Shown here piece by piece: positions 34,229-44,255 of a stretch of DNA of 64,000 nt. The position numbers were made by a program, and so were the translations under genes. The notes below the pieces were generated by a model, which did no database searches, was not told the DNA's origin, and saw nothing but the letters and a program-made list of their open reading frames with translations. Numbering within the stretch: position 1 is the first letter of the stretch; every line of letters begins with the position of its first letter. The stretch comes from Planktomarina sp. (GTDB taxonomy: Bacteria; Pseudomonadota; Alphaproteobacteria; Rhodobacterales; Rhodobacteraceae), in the NCBI GenBank assembly GCA_020629775.1, contig JAHDCP010000002.1, forward strand, positions 17,433 to 81,432. The letters are read 5' to 3'.

Positions 34229-37200
34229 ATGGCCACTTTGGTTCTTTCTGCTGAGGGCATGGCCCTGGGCGGCGCGATTAACGGCACAGTTGCAGGCTTG
34301 GCTACGGCCACAATCGGGCGTGCGGCGGGGGCCATGGTGGGGCGGGTGATTGATCAACGCCTGATGTCGGGTGGCAGTGCTGCAGTTGAAACGGGGCGGG
34401 TTGATCGGTTTCGGTTAACAGGGGCCAACGAAGGTGCGCCCATCGGGCAAGTGTACGGCCGCATGCGCGTGGGCGGGCACGTGATCTGGGCGACGCGGTT
34501 TCAAGAAACATCCAATACCACCCAGCAAGGCGGCAAAGGTGCCCCCAGCGCCAGCACCACAAATTATTCATACACTGTCAGCCTGGCCATCGCCTTGTGC
34601 GAAGGGGAGGTTACAAGCGTGGGCCGCATCTGGGCGGACGGGGCTGAAATAGCGCCCAATGATTACAATTTCCGGGTTTATTCCGGTGCGCCAGATCAGC
34701 AACCTGACCCAAAGATCACGGCAGTAGAGGGCGCAGGCAATGCGCCCGCGTTTCGTGGCACGGCGTACATCGTGTTTGAAGATTTGCCGTTGGAACCCTT
34801 TGGCAACCGTGTGCCCCAATTCAGTTTTGAAGTAACGCGCCCGTCCACACCAAATGATGATGTGATTGTGCAAGATCTTAGCCACGCCATTGGATCGGTG
34901 GCGCTTATGCCGGGGTCTGGCGAATACACCTTGGCCACGACGCCGGTCTTTTTTGACCGTGGATTTGGCAACACTGAAACCGCCAATGTGCACACAGCAT
35001 CTGGCCTGACAGACATGGCCACATCGTTGGAAACGCTGACCGATGAATTGCCGAATTGTGAGTCCACATCTTTGATTGTGTCTTGGTTTGGGGATGATTT
35101 GCGCGCTGGGCAGTGCGAGTTGCAGCCAAAAGTAGAACAAGCCCAACAAGACGGCACAGAAATGCCGTGGGTCGTTTCCGGATTGGCCCGCGCAGCTGCC
35201 ACCGAAATTGTTACAGAAAATGACCGCCCCGTTTACGGGGGAACCCCTGCAGACGCATCAGTGATAGAGGCCATTGCCGCCATTCATGACAGCGGCCAAG
35301 ACGTGATGTTTTATCCCTTCATTCTGATGGACCAGCTGACAGGAAATGGGCTTCCAAACCCCTGGAACCCTGCAGAAGAACAACCCTATCTGCCTTGGCG
35401 CGGCCGTATCACCACGTCGATTGCGCCAGGGCAACCTGGCAGCCCAGACCAAACCAATGCAGCCCAAGCAGAGGTGGACGCCTTCTTTGGCACGGCCCAA
35501 GCCACAGACTTTACTGCGGCGGCAGGCACTGTTTTGTATACGGGTCCGAGCGAATGGTCGTATCGTCGGTTTATTCTGCATTATGCGCATTTGTGCGCGC
35601 AAGCGGGTGGTGTTGCGGCTTTTTGCATCGGGTCCGAAATGCGGGGACTTACCCACATTCGCGATGGGTCTGGCGCGTTCATTGCCGTGCAAAAGTTGAT
35701 AGAATTGGCCGCAGATGTGCGCACCATTTTGGGTCCCGATGCCAAAATATCTTACGCTGCGGATTGGTCGGAATACTTTGGGTACCAGCCACAAGATGGC
35801 ACCAATGATCGGTATTTTCACTTGGACCCGCTTTGGTCTGACACAAATATCGATTTTATCGGCATCGACAATTACATGCCGCTTAGCGATTGGCGCGATG
35901 GATGTGACCATAAGGACATTGACGCAAAATCAATTTACAATCTGTCCTACTTGATGGGCAACGTCGAAGGCGGTGAAGGGTTCGATTGGTACTATGAAAC
36001 GCCAGAAGCCCGCGAAGCGCAAAATAGAACGCCCATTCAAGATGCCAGTGAATCAGAACCATGGGCGTTCCGGTACAAGGACATTCGCGGTTGGTGGGAA
36101 AACCCGCACTATAACCGGGTGGATGGTGTCCGATCCCTGGAACAGACCGCTTGGGTTCCGGAGTCTAAACCCATTTGGTTTACTGAAATTGGGTGTGCTG
36201 CCATCGACAAAGGCACCAACCAGCCCAACAAATTTTTAGACCCCAAAAGTTCTGAAAGTTCCGTGCCGCGCTTTTCAAACGGGCAGCGTGATGAACTCAT
36301 ACAAATGCAGTATTTGCGGGCGATGTATTCGCATTGGAAGCAAGCGGCCCATAATCCAACGTCAAATCTGTATGATGGTCCAATGCTGGACCTCAGCCGG
36401 GCGCACGTTTGGGCTTGGGATGCGCGGCCATATCCGGCTTTTCCAAACCGATCTGACGTTTGGTCCGATGCAGAAAACTATGCCACGGGTCATTGGATTT
36501 CAGGCAGAACGGCGGCCCGCCCATTGGATTCTGTGGTGCGAGAGATTTGTGCCCGATCCGGTTTGTATAAAATAGATACAACTGAACTTTATGGATATGT
36601 GCGTGGTTACGGCGTTGGCAGTGTCGGGTCTGCGCGCCAGGCCTTGCAGCCGCTTATGACAGCCTTTGGGTTTGATGCGGTTGAACGCGATGGGGTGCTG
36701 ATTTTCAAATCCCGCACCACGAAATGGAGCACCGCGTTAAAAGACCCGGAATTGGTGGTGGAAGGATCACAAGCGTTCCCCGTCCATTACGTACGCGATC
36801 CCGAAGCTGAATTGGCAGATCGGGTTCGCCTGTCTTACATCGCGGCGAACGGCAGCTTTGAAGTGGCGGCGGCAGAATCTGTGTTCCCAACAGATGCGTC
36901 CCATGACGTTGCGCAATCAGAAGTGAATTTGATGCTGACCCGCGCGGAGGCCCGGCAAATCACTGACAGGTGGTTGGCCGAAAGCCGGTCTGCAAGGGAC
37001 CGTGCAGAGTTTGTATTGCCGCCGTCGGATGAACCCATCGGTGCCGGCGATATCGTCACGCTGCAAGAACCCGGCGGCGATGCGAAATACCGTATTGATC
37101 GTTTGGAGCACGCCGGGGCTCGCCGCGCAGAAGCTGTGCGCGTGGATGGATTTTGGGATGTGCCCATCGCGTCTGATGCTGATGCAGACCCGATTGTTAC

Positions 37201-38146
37201 GCCAACAGTGGCCAGCCCAGTGTTTGCAACCTTTATGGATCTTCCAATGATGTCGGGCAGTGAAGTTCCCTTTGCCCCGCATGCCGCCGTTACGGCAAAT
37301 CCTTGGCCTGGTCATGCGGCGATGTATGCATCTGCCACGGCAAATAATTTTGCCCTGAACACGACATTTTCGGTTCCTGCAACCTTGGGCTTCACAACAA
37401 CGCCGCTTGCGGCTGCGTGTCACGGCATCATCGACCACGGACTTCCCTTGGGTGTCCAACTGACCGAAGGTGTCTTGGATACGCAAACCCACGAAGCCAT
37501 TTTGGCAGGCGCAAACCTGGCCATTATCGGTGACGGGACCCCCGACAATTGGGAGGTTTTTCAATTCGAAGTCTCAACCGTTACAGGGCAAAACACTTTT
37601 GAAGTTACCAAAAGATTGCGCGGACAGTTTGGATCGGATGGATTGATGCCAGCGGAATGGCCTGCGGGCAGTCACTTTGTTTTGCTGAACGGTGTGCCCG
37701 ATCAAATCGATTTGCCAGAGGTCGCGCTTAATGTTGATCGAACATATCGCGTGGGTCCCGGCGGGCGCCCCTACAATGATCCTTTGTTCAACCAATACAC
37801 CCTTGCGTTCAAAGGGAACGGCAGACGCCCCTATGCGCCGGCATTCCTGAATGCCAAACCTGTTGCAGGGGGCCTGGAAGTGGACTGGATCAGAAGAACA
37901 CGGGGCACGGGCGATGGTTGGGACGTGGTTGATGTGCCTGTTTCAGAGGCGACAGAGGCTTATCGGGTCAAGGTTTGGCAAGGCGGCAATTTGATCCGCG
38001 AGGCTGAAGTGTCCACCCCTCAGTGGATTTATTCCGCCGCAGACATCACGGCCGATGGCGTTTCGGGGGCTGTGACTGTGCAGGTGGCGCAACTTTCGCA
38101 AGAATACGGTCCTGGCCTTTTCGCTGAACTGAGCACAACTGTGTGA
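34229..38146 (+). CDS. g15: GTA g15, large baseplate/host-specificity protein (megatron; TIM-barrel-like glycoside hydrolase domain plus phage-tail domain)
   Basis: 1305 aa, the last and largest gene of the cluster. It starts 2 nt after the g14 stop. Confidence 0.85.
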   Translation: MATLVLSAEGMALGGAINGTVAGLATATIGRAAGAMVGRVIDQRLMSGGSAAVETGRVDRFRLTGANEGAPIGQVYGRMRVGGHVIWATRFQETSNTTQQGGKGAPSASTTNYSYTVSLAIALCEGEVTSVGRIWADGAEIAPNDYNFRVYSGAPDQQPDPKITAVEGAGNAPAFRGTAYIVFEDLPLEPFGNRVPQFSFEVTRPSTPNDDVIVQDLSHAIGSVALMPGSGEYTLATTPVFFDRGFGNTETANVHTASGLTDMATSLETLTDELPNCESTSLIVSWFGDDLRAGQCELQPKVEQAQQDGTEMPWVVSGLARAAATEIVTENDRPVYGGTPADASVIEAIAAIHDSGQDVMFYPFILMDQLTGNGLPNPWNPAEEQPYLPWRGRITTSIAPGQPGSPDQTNAAQAEVDAFFGTAQATDFTAAAGTVLYTGPSEWSYRRFILHYAHLCAQAGGVAAFCIGSEMRGLTHIRDGSGAFIAVQKLIELAADVRTILGPDAKISYAADWSEYFGYQPQDGTNDRYFHLDPLWSDTNIDFIGIDNYMPLSDWRDGCDHKDIDAKSIYNLSYLMGNVEGGEGFDWYYETPEAREAQNRTPIQDASESEPWAFRYKDIRGWWENPHYNRVDGVRSLEQTAWVPESKPIWFTEIGCAAIDKGTNQPNKFLDPKSSESSVPRFSNGQRDELIQMQYLRAMYSHWKQAAHNPTSNLYDGPMLDLSRAHVWAWDARPYPAFPNRSDVWSDAENYATGHWISGRTAARPLDSVVREICARSGLYKIDTTELYGYVRGYGVGSVGSARQALQPLMTAFGFDAVERDGVLIFKSRTTKWSTALKDPELVVEGSQAFPVHYVRDPEAELADRVRLSYIAANGSFEVAAAESVFPTDASHDVAQSEVNLMLTRAEARQITDRWLAESRSARDRAEFVLPPSDEPIGAGDIVTLQEPGGDAKYRIDRLEHAGARRAEAVRVDGFWDVPIASDADADPIVTPTVASPVFATFMDLPMMSGSEVPFAPHAAVTANPWPGHAAMYASATANNFALNTTFSVPATLGFTTTPLAAACHGIIDHGLPLGVQLTEGVLDTQTHEAILAGANLAIIGDGTPDNWEVFQFEVSTVTGQNTFEVTKRLRGQFGSDGLMPAEWPAGSHFVLLNGVPDQIDLPEVALNVDRTYRVGPGGRPYNDPLFNQYTLAFKGNGRRPYAPAFLNAKPVAGGLEVDWIRRTRGTGDGWDVVDVPVSEATEAYRVKVWQGGNLIREAEVSTPQWIYSAADITADGVSGAVTVQVAQLSQEYGPGLFAELSTTV

Positions 38147-38212
38147 TCGACTTTGCGCCCCGTGGTGCAATTGTGTTAGTGATCAATCCTGACCAATATC
38201 GCGAGGCGCAAA

Positions 38213-39025
38213 ATGGCCCAATCCAATGCAGACGTAACCAGCCTTGATCCTGTTTGGGATCAGGTTGTCAGTGATGCTGAAGCTTCTGTTGCGGCAGAAC
38301 CTGCGTTGGGTGGGCTTATCCATTCCAACATATTGCACCACGCATCGCTTGAAGCAGCGCTGTCATATCGGATTGCCACAAAGCTGGCCTCTGATGGGAT
38401 GCCCGAACAAATTTTGCGCGAAGTCAGCAATGCAGCCTTCAAAGACAAAGCATTGGGCACGTCTTCACGCACAGATTTGGTGGCGGTTTTTGACCGGGAT
38501 CCCGCGTGCCACCGTATGATCCAGCCCTTGTTGTTTTTCAAAGGGTATCAAGCCATCCAAGCTTACCGCGTCGCGCACTGGCTGTGGAACCAAAACCGCC
38601 GTGACATGGCATATTATGTGCAATCTCGGGTTTCTGAAGTGTTTGGTGTGGACATTCATCCAGCTGCTAAAGTTGGCAAGGGCATCATGATTGACCACGC
38701 GCATTCCATCGTGATTGGCGAAACTGCGGTCGTTGGTGATAACGTTTCGATGTTGCATTCGGTCACTTTGGGCGGCACCGGTAAAGAAGATGACGACCGC
38801 CATCCCAAAATTGGGAATGGTGTTTTGATCGGGGCAGGGGCGAAAGTTCTGGGCAATATCAAAGTTGGGTATTGCAGTCGCATCGCCGCAGGATCGGTTG
38901 TGCTGCATGAAGTGCCCCCTTGCAAAACCGTTGCTGGGGTTCCCGCGAAAATCGTTGGGGAAGCGGGCTGCGAACAGCCATCAGTTTCTATGAACCAATT
39001 GTTGGCAAATGGGTGCGGACAATAA
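38213..39025 (+). CDS. cysE: serine O-acetyltransferase
   Basis: N-terminal SATase helical domain plus hexapeptide repeats, GIMIDHAHSIVIGETAVVGDNVSMLHSVTLGGTGKEDDDRHPKIGNGVLIGAGAKVLGNIKVG. Confidence 0.9.
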   Translation: MAQSNADVTSLDPVWDQVVSDAEASVAAEPALGGLIHSNILHHASLEAALSYRIATKLASDGMPEQILREVSNAAFKDKALGTSSRTDLVAVFDRDPACHRMIQPLLFFKGYQAIQAYRVAHWLWNQNRRDMAYYVQSRVSEVFGVDIHPAAKVGKGIMIDHAHSIVIGETAVVGDNVSMLHSVTLGGTGKEDDDRHPKIGNGVLIGAGAKVLGNIKVGYCSRIAAGSVVLHEVPPCKTVAGVPAKIVGEAGCEQPSVSMNQLLANGCGQ

Positions 39026-39027
39026 AC

Positions 39028-39055
39028 AAAAAAAGCGGCCTAAGGGCCGCTTTTT
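39028..39055. terminator. bidirectional rho-independent terminator between cysE and pdhC
   Basis: AAAAAAA-GCGGCC-taag-GGCCGC-TTTTT. A perfect GC stem flanked by an A-run and a T-run, lying between convergent genes. Confidence 0.85.
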
Positions 39056-39077
39056 GATTTTTGATTTATCGACCAGA

Positions 39078-40337
39078 TCAGGCCAACATGCCCATGGGGT
39101 TTTCAAGGTTGTTAACGATAGCGGCCAGAAATTCCGCCCCAACCGCACCGTCGATGACACGGTGATCCACGGACAGTGTCACGGACATTACAGTCGCAAT
39201 CGACACTTGATCATCCACAACCACAGCTTTTTTGACACCAGCACCTACGGCCAGGATCGAACCATGGGGCGGATTAATAACCGCATCGAAATTATCGATT
39301 CCCATCATACCCAAGTTAGAGATTGCAAAACTGCCGCCTTGGTATTCGTGGGGTGCCAATTTGCGGTCACGGGCCCGGCTGGCCATATCTTTCATCTGCG
39401 CGCTGAGCGCTGATAAAGATTTGGTATCGGCATCCTGTAAAACCGGTGTAAACAAGCCGCCTTCGATCGCCACAGCCACAGCCACATCGCTGGCTTTCAT
39501 CTGCAAAACCCGATCGCCCGCCCACACAGCGTTGGCGGCGGGAACGTGTTGCAAAGCCAAAGCACAGGCTTTGATGATGAAGTCATTGATGGACAGTTTG
39601 ATGTCACGGGCCGCCAGTTGTTTGTTGATCTGGGACCGGAACGCCAAAAGGGCATCCAACTTAATGTCGCGGCGCAAGTAAAAATGCGGAATGGTTTGCT
39701 TGGCTTCAGTCAAACGGGCCGCAATTGTTTTGCGCATCCCGTCCAAAGTGATGCTTTCGAATTCACGATCTTGGTACATCGCTTCAATCGCGCTGGCATC
39801 CACTGGCGCTGGTGAAGCAGAAGATGCGGATTGCGCGGCTGGCGCAGCACCTGCATTTTCAACATCCGCTTTCACGATCCGCCCATGGGGGCCGCTGCCT
39901 GTAAGTGCGGACAAATCAAGGCCCTTGTCAGCAGCGATACGCCGGGCAAGGGGGGATGCGAACACACGATCACCCTTTGAAGGTGCCGCAGCTGCCATTG
40001 CCGGGGCAGGGACTGCCGCCGCAGGTTCTGCAACGTTTGCAACTTCTGCCTTCGCCGCAGGCACGGGGGCTGCAGCGACATCGCCGATGTCTTCGCCATC
40101 TTCCAACAACACGGCAATGGCTGCGTTTACTTTCACACCATCGGTGCCTTCGGCCACCAAAATTTTGCCGATAACACCTTCATCCACGGCTTCGAATTCC
40201 ATGGTGGCCTTGTCAGTTTCAATTTCGGCCAGAAGATCACCGGATTGAACCGTATCACCTTCTTTTACCAGCCATTTGGCCAACTTGCCTTCCTCCATCG
40301 TGGGGGAAAGTGCTGGCATGAGAATTTCAGTTGCCAT
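39078..40337 (-). CDS. pdhC: pyruvate dehydrogenase E2 (dihydrolipoyllysine-residue acetyltransferase)
   Basis: N-terminal lipoyl domain ([13 protein letters not shown]), Ala/Pro linker, E3-binding domain, and catalytic [10 protein letters not shown]. Confidence 0.92.
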   Translation of the reverse strand: MATEILMPALSPTMEEGKLAKWLVKEGDTVQSGDLLAEIETDKATMEFEAVDEGVIGKILVAEGTDGVKVNAAIAVLLEDGEDIGDVAAAPVPAAKAEVANVAEPAAAVPAPAMAAAAPSKGDRVFASPLARRIAADKGLDLSALTGSGPHGRIVKADVENAGAAPAAQSASSASPAPVDASAIEAMYQDREFESITLDGMRKTIAARLTEAKQTIPHFYLRRDIKLDALLAFRSQINKQLAARDIKLSINDFIIKACALALQHVPAANAVWAGDRVLQMKASDVAVAVAIEGGLFTPVLQDADTKSLSALSAQMKDMASRARDRKLAPHEYQGGSFAISNLGMMGIDNFDAVINPPHGSILAVGAGVKKAVVVDDQVSIATVMSVTLSVDHRVIDGAVGAEFLAAIVNNLENPMGMLA

Positions 40338-40350
40338 AGTCTTGGACCCC

Positions 40351-41715
40351 TCAGCGATACAGAACAGAATTTGCAGCGGCCACCACTTCGTCTGTGGTCA
40401 CCAATGCCAGTTTTTCAAGATTGGCCGCATAAGGCATGGGCACATCTTTGCCTGTGCAATTGATCACAGGGGCATCCAAGTAATCGAACGCTTCTTGCAT
40501 CAAAACCGCCGACAAATGGTTGCCAATGGAACAGACAGGGAAACCTTCTTCGATGGTCACACATCGATTGGTTTTCATCACCGATTTGATAACTGCGGCT
40601 GTATCCATCGGACGCAGACAGCGCAAATCAATCACTTCAGCGCTGACACCTTCTGCGGCCAACCGATCGGCCGCTTCCAACGTGTATTTCATGCCAATCC
40701 CGAAGCTGACCAGGGTTATATCCGTGCCTTCGCGCCAAATGCGCGCCTTGCCCAGTGGAACGGTGTAATCTTCCACGTCTGGCACGTCGAAAGACTGACC
40801 ATACAAGATTTCATTTTCCAGGAAAATCACCGGGTTTGGGTCACGGATGGCTGATTTCAACAATCCTTTGGCATCTGCAGCTGAATATGGTTGCACCACT
40901 TTCAGGCCAGGAATCTGCGCATACCATGCGGCATAATCTTGACTGTGTTGCGCGCCAACACGGGCGGCAGCCCCGTTGGGGCCACGGAACACCATGGGCG
41001 CCCCCATCTGCCCGCCGGACATATACAATGTCTTGGCGGCTGAGTTGATGATTTGGTCAATCGCTTGCATGGCAAAGTTGAAGGTCATGAACTCCACGAT
41101 GGGGCGCAATCCACCAAACGCGGCCCCGACAGCAATGCCCGCGAACCCGTGTTCGGTAATGGGCGTATCAATGACCCGCTTGGACCCGAATTCATCCAAC
41201 ATGCCTTGGCTGATTTTGTAAGCGCCTTGGTATTCGGCCACTTCCTCACCCATCAAATACACGTCGTCGTTGGACCGCATCTCTTCGCTCATGGCGTCAC
41301 GCAAAGCTTCGCGGACCGTCTGAGTTTTGAATGTTGTCCCTTCAGGCAAATCTTCTTCCACCACATTCACTTGCACCGGGGCCTTGGCTTGCGCCGCGGG
41401 GGCAGGGGCCGCTTGTGGTTCGCTGGCAGCCGCAGGTGCAGAAGCGGCTTGCGCGACATCGCTCGCGCTTTCACCGTCTTCCAACAAGACTGCGATGGCG
41501 GTGTTTACTTTGACGCCGGCTGTGCCTTCGGCCACCAAGATTTTTCCAATGGTGCCTTCGTCCACGGCCTCAAATTCCATAGTGGCCTTGTCGGTTTCAA
41601 TTTCGGCCATGATGTCGCCGGATTGAACGGTGTCGCCTTCTTTAACCAACCATTTGGCCAAAGTTCCTTCCTCCATGGTGGGGGACAGGGCGGGCATAAG
41701 AATTTCGGTCGCCAT
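40351..41715 (-). CDS. pdhB: pyruvate dehydrogenase E1 beta subunit with N-terminal lipoyl domain
   Basis: A lipoyl domain and Ala/Pro linker are followed by the transketolase-like Pyr and C-terminal domains. ATG at 41715; the track ORF opens at 41754. Confidence 0.92.
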   Translation of the reverse strand: MATEILMPALSPTMEEGTLAKWLVKEGDTVQSGDIMAEIETDKATMEFEAVDEGTIGKILVAEGTAGVKVNTAIAVLLEDGESASDVAQAASAPAAASEPQAAPAPAAQAKAPVQVNVVEEDLPEGTTFKTQTVREALRDAMSEEMRSNDDVYLMGEEVAEYQGAYKISQGMLDEFGSKRVIDTPITEHGFAGIAVGAAFGGLRPIVEFMTFNFAMQAIDQIINSAAKTLYMSGGQMGAPMVFRGPNGAAARVGAQHSQDYAAWYAQIPGLKVVQPYSAADAKGLLKSAIRDPNPVIFLENEILYGQSFDVPDVEDYTVPLGKARIWREGTDITLVSFGIGMKYTLEAADRLAAEGVSAEVIDLRCLRPMDTAAVIKSVMKTNRCVTIEEGFPVCSIGNHLSAVLMQEAFDYLDAPVINCTGKDVPMPYAANLEKLALVTTDEVVAAANSVLYR

Positions 41716-41716
41716 G

Positions 41717-42709
41717 TTATTGGGCCTCCGCGTAAATATCGGTCCACAGTTCATCCAGCGCGGGTTCCGGGCTTTCTTTGGCGAACTCGGCGCTTTCGTT
41801 GACGATTTTCTTGATGTCTTTGTCGATGGCCTTCAATTCGTCTTCGGACGCGTGTTTGCCTGTCACCAACATATCGCGGATGTGGTCGATGGGGTCTTTT
41901 TCATCGCGCATCTTCTGCACTTCTTCGCGGGTCCGGTATTTGGCGGGATCCGACATGGAATGCCCCCGGTACCGGTATGTTTTCACTTCCAAGATATAGG
42001 GGCCTTTGCCGGCCCGGCAGTGTGCCACGGCTTTTTCGCCAGCGGCTTTCACGGCCAGAACATCCATACCATCAACAATTTCGCCAGGGATCCCAAAGGA
42101 TTTGCCGCGTTCGTAAATTTCCGCGGACGATGTGGACCGTTGTTGCGAAGTGCCCATGGCGTATTGGTTGTTTTCGATCACAAAGATCACGGGCAAATCC
42201 CACAAGGCGGCCATATTGAAGGTCTCGTAAACCTGCCCTTGGTTGGCCGCGCCATCGCCGAAGTATGTAAAGGTAACGTTGTCGTTGCCTTTGTACTTGT
42301 CTGCAAATGCCAAGCCTGCGCCCAATGGTACTTGTGCCGCCACAATGCCGTGCCCACCGTAAAAGTGCTTTTCCTTGGAGAACATGTGCATCGAACCGCC
42401 CTTGCCCTTGGAGTATCCCCCTTCGCGGCCAGTTAGTTCTGCCATAACCCCCTTGGGGTCCATCCCGCAGGCTAACATGTGGCCGTGATCGCGATAGCTG
42501 GTGATGCGTTTATCACCTTCCTTGGCAGCGGCTTCTAAGCCCACCACCACGGCTTCTTGTCCAATATACAGGTGGCAGAACCCGCCGATCAGGCCCATGC
42601 CATACAGCTGACCTGCTTTTTCTTCGAACCGCCGGATCAACAACATTTCTTTATAATGATGCAGCAGTTCTTCTTTGGAAGTATTCGATTTCGCCTTTTT
42701 GGTGGCCAT
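41717..42709 (-). CDS. pdhA: pyruvate dehydrogenase E1 alpha subunit
   Basis: TPP-binding [14 protein letters not shown]. 330 aa, directly upstream of pdhB. Confidence 0.92.
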   Translation of the reverse strand: MATKKAKSNTSKEELLHHYKEMLLIRRFEEKAGQLYGMGLIGGFCHLYIGQEAVVVGLEAAAKEGDKRITSYRDHGHMLACGMDPKGVMAELTGREGGYSKGKGGSMHMFSKEKHFYGGHGIVAAQVPLGAGLAFADKYKGNDNVTFTYFGDGAANQGQVYETFNMAALWDLPVIFVIENNQYAMGTSQQRSTSSAEIYERGKSFGIPGEIVDGMDVLAVKAAGEKAVAHCRAGKGPYILEVKTYRYRGHSMSDPAKYRTREEVQKMRDEKDPIDHIRDMLVTGKHASEDELKAIDKDIKKIVNESAEFAKESPEPALDELWTDIYAEAQ

Positions 42710-42844
42710 GGGTGGGGCGTCCTAAAAATAGTTTAGCGTTAAACTATCTCTATCACGACGCGTGAAAAAGGGAAGCGTTTTCTTGCGCGCGCAGACGCGC
42801 AGGCGCGTTGGTAAGCTCAAGATTTGGAAACAGATGGGGCTGGT

Positions 42845-43147
42845 TCAGCGAATGACGATTTCGTCGGGGCGGATCAGGCCCAAAACATCGCGGGCACGTT
42901 CATCCAAAAGATCAAGATCCAGATAAGTGTCCGACAAGCGGCGGGTCTTGTTTTCCATACGTGCGATTTGGGCGTTCAGTTGGTCCAATTCTGCCTGCAA
43001 GGTGCGGGCTTCGGCATCAACATCTGCGCGGCGCATCACACCGTAATCGCCTTGAATGGCCGCAAAGCAAAAGTATGCCGCCAATACCAGCGACACCAAT
43101 ACAATGACCAAGGGGCCAAGTGCAGGGCGTTTACTTTGCAATGTCAT
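42845..43147 (-). CDS. septum formation initiator family protein (FtsB-like)
   Basis: 100 aa with an N-terminal TM (GPLVIVLVSLVLAAYFCFAAI) and a coiled coil (LQAELDQLNAQIARMENKTRRL). ATG at 43147. Confidence 0.75.
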   Translation of the reverse strand: MTLQSKRPALGPLVIVLVSLVLAAYFCFAAIQGDYGVMRRADVDAEARTLQAELDQLNAQIARMENKTRRLSDTYLDLDLLDERARDVLGLIRPDEIVIR

Positions 43148-43238
43148 GGCAAAAGGGATTAGGGGAAAGGTCAGGCAAGAATGTGGCAAAGACTTGGAAT
43201 CTTTGGCTCATTTGCCCGATTTTTCCCCTTATGCGCGA

Positions 43239-44126
43239 TTATCCGGCGATGGACGCGCGGTAAATACTGTCAATTGTGTCGGACAAAGTTGCGTCAAAGT
43301 CTGCATCGCTTTGCTGTGCGGACAAACCTTCTGTCAGTGCGCGGCTGAAGCTTGCGATCATGCCTTTGTTTTTCGAAAGCCGATCATTGGCCTCAACCCT
43401 CGCATATCCACCGGACAGGGCCACAACACTCAACACCTTTGGGTGGTCCACCAAAACTTGGTAATGGTTTGGATTTTCGGGCAAGGTCAGCTTCAACATG
43501 ATGCTTTGGTCCATCTTGTCCAATTCAGCCAGAATGGCATCACGCACCATATGTTCGGCTTCAACTTTGTCGCTGATGGAAATGGTGATTTCTGGTTCCA
43601 AAATTGGCACCAAACCGTGGGACAGAATTTGCCGGCCAAATTCGAATTGCTGGGCCACGATGGCATCAACCCCGGTTTGATTCGCAGCACCCACAACGGA
43701 CCGCATTTTTGTGCCGAACACGTCCAAAGATTTGGCGCGGGCGCACAGTGCGTCCAGGTTGCCGATGGGTTTCATCAACTGAACGTCATTTTCAGCGTCC
43801 ACCAGGCCCTTGTCCACTTTCAAAAATGGCACCACGCCGCGGTCATTCCACAAGTATTGCGAAGACGGTTTGCCTTCGATGTGGCGTTCCATGGTGTTTT
43901 CAAAAAGAATGGCGCCCACGACTTTGTCCCCGGTAAAGGCAGAGGATTGCACAATACGGGTCCGCATCGCGTGGATCAGGTCGTACATTTCATCGTCGTT
44001 TTTGTAGGCGTCTTCATTCAAGCCATACAATTTCAGCGCTTTTGGGGTAGACCCGCCGCTTTGATCCAACGCGGCGATAAAGCCTTGGCCGCCTTTGATT
44101 TTTTCTGCTTGGGCTGCACTGGTCAT
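43239..44126 (-). CDS. fba: class I fructose-bisphosphate aldolase
   Basis: MTSAAQAEKIKGGQGFIAALDQSGGSTPKALKLYG... is the typical class I FBA N-terminus. 295 aa. Confidence 0.85.
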   Translation of the reverse strand: MTSAAQAEKIKGGQGFIAALDQSGGSTPKALKLYGLNEDAYKNDDEMYDLIHAMRTRIVQSSAFTGDKVVGAILFENTMERHIEGKPSSQYLWNDRGVVPFLKVDKGLVDAENDVQLMKPIGNLDALCARAKSLDVFGTKMRSVVGAANQTGVDAIVAQQFEFGRQILSHGLVPILEPEITISISDKVEAEHMVRDAILAELDKMDQSIMLKLTLPENPNHYQVLVDHPKVLSVVALSGGYARVEANDRLSKNKGMIASFSRALTEGLSAQQSDADFDATLSDTIDSIYRASIAG

Positions 44127-44255
44127 GGGGCGGTCTCCACCGAATTTATTGGATTTGAGGCCTTATAAGTGCGGGGTCGTAAATCTTTCAATAATGGTCG
44201 CGCTAACGGTTCCGCTAACGGCGTGGAGGTCAGGCCATAAACCGGCGGGTTCTTG

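Larger units (their letters stand above)
24177..38146 (+). mobile_element. RcGTA-type gene transfer agent head-tail structural cluster (g1-g15)
   Basis: 17 co-directional ORFs in the canonical RcGTA order: TerS, TerL, portal, g3.5, protease, capsid, adaptor, stopper, terminator, tube, two chaperones, short tape measure, distal tail, hub, peptidase, megatron. No integrase, repressor, replication or lysis genes. Flanked by housekeeping genes. Confidence 0.9.

Noticed and set aside
24030-38146. Prophage rather than GTA
   Set aside because: There is no integrase, excisionase, repressor/antirepressor, replication, lysis or tRNA/att feature in or next to the block. The ~14-kb structural-only cluster has the exact RcGTA order between housekeeping genes.
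43056-44168. 370-aa plus-strand ORF antisense to fba and the ftsB-like gene
   Set aside because: The composition (His/Gly/Gln/Phe-rich) is typical of an antisense frame, and the minus-strand genes have clear homology signatures.
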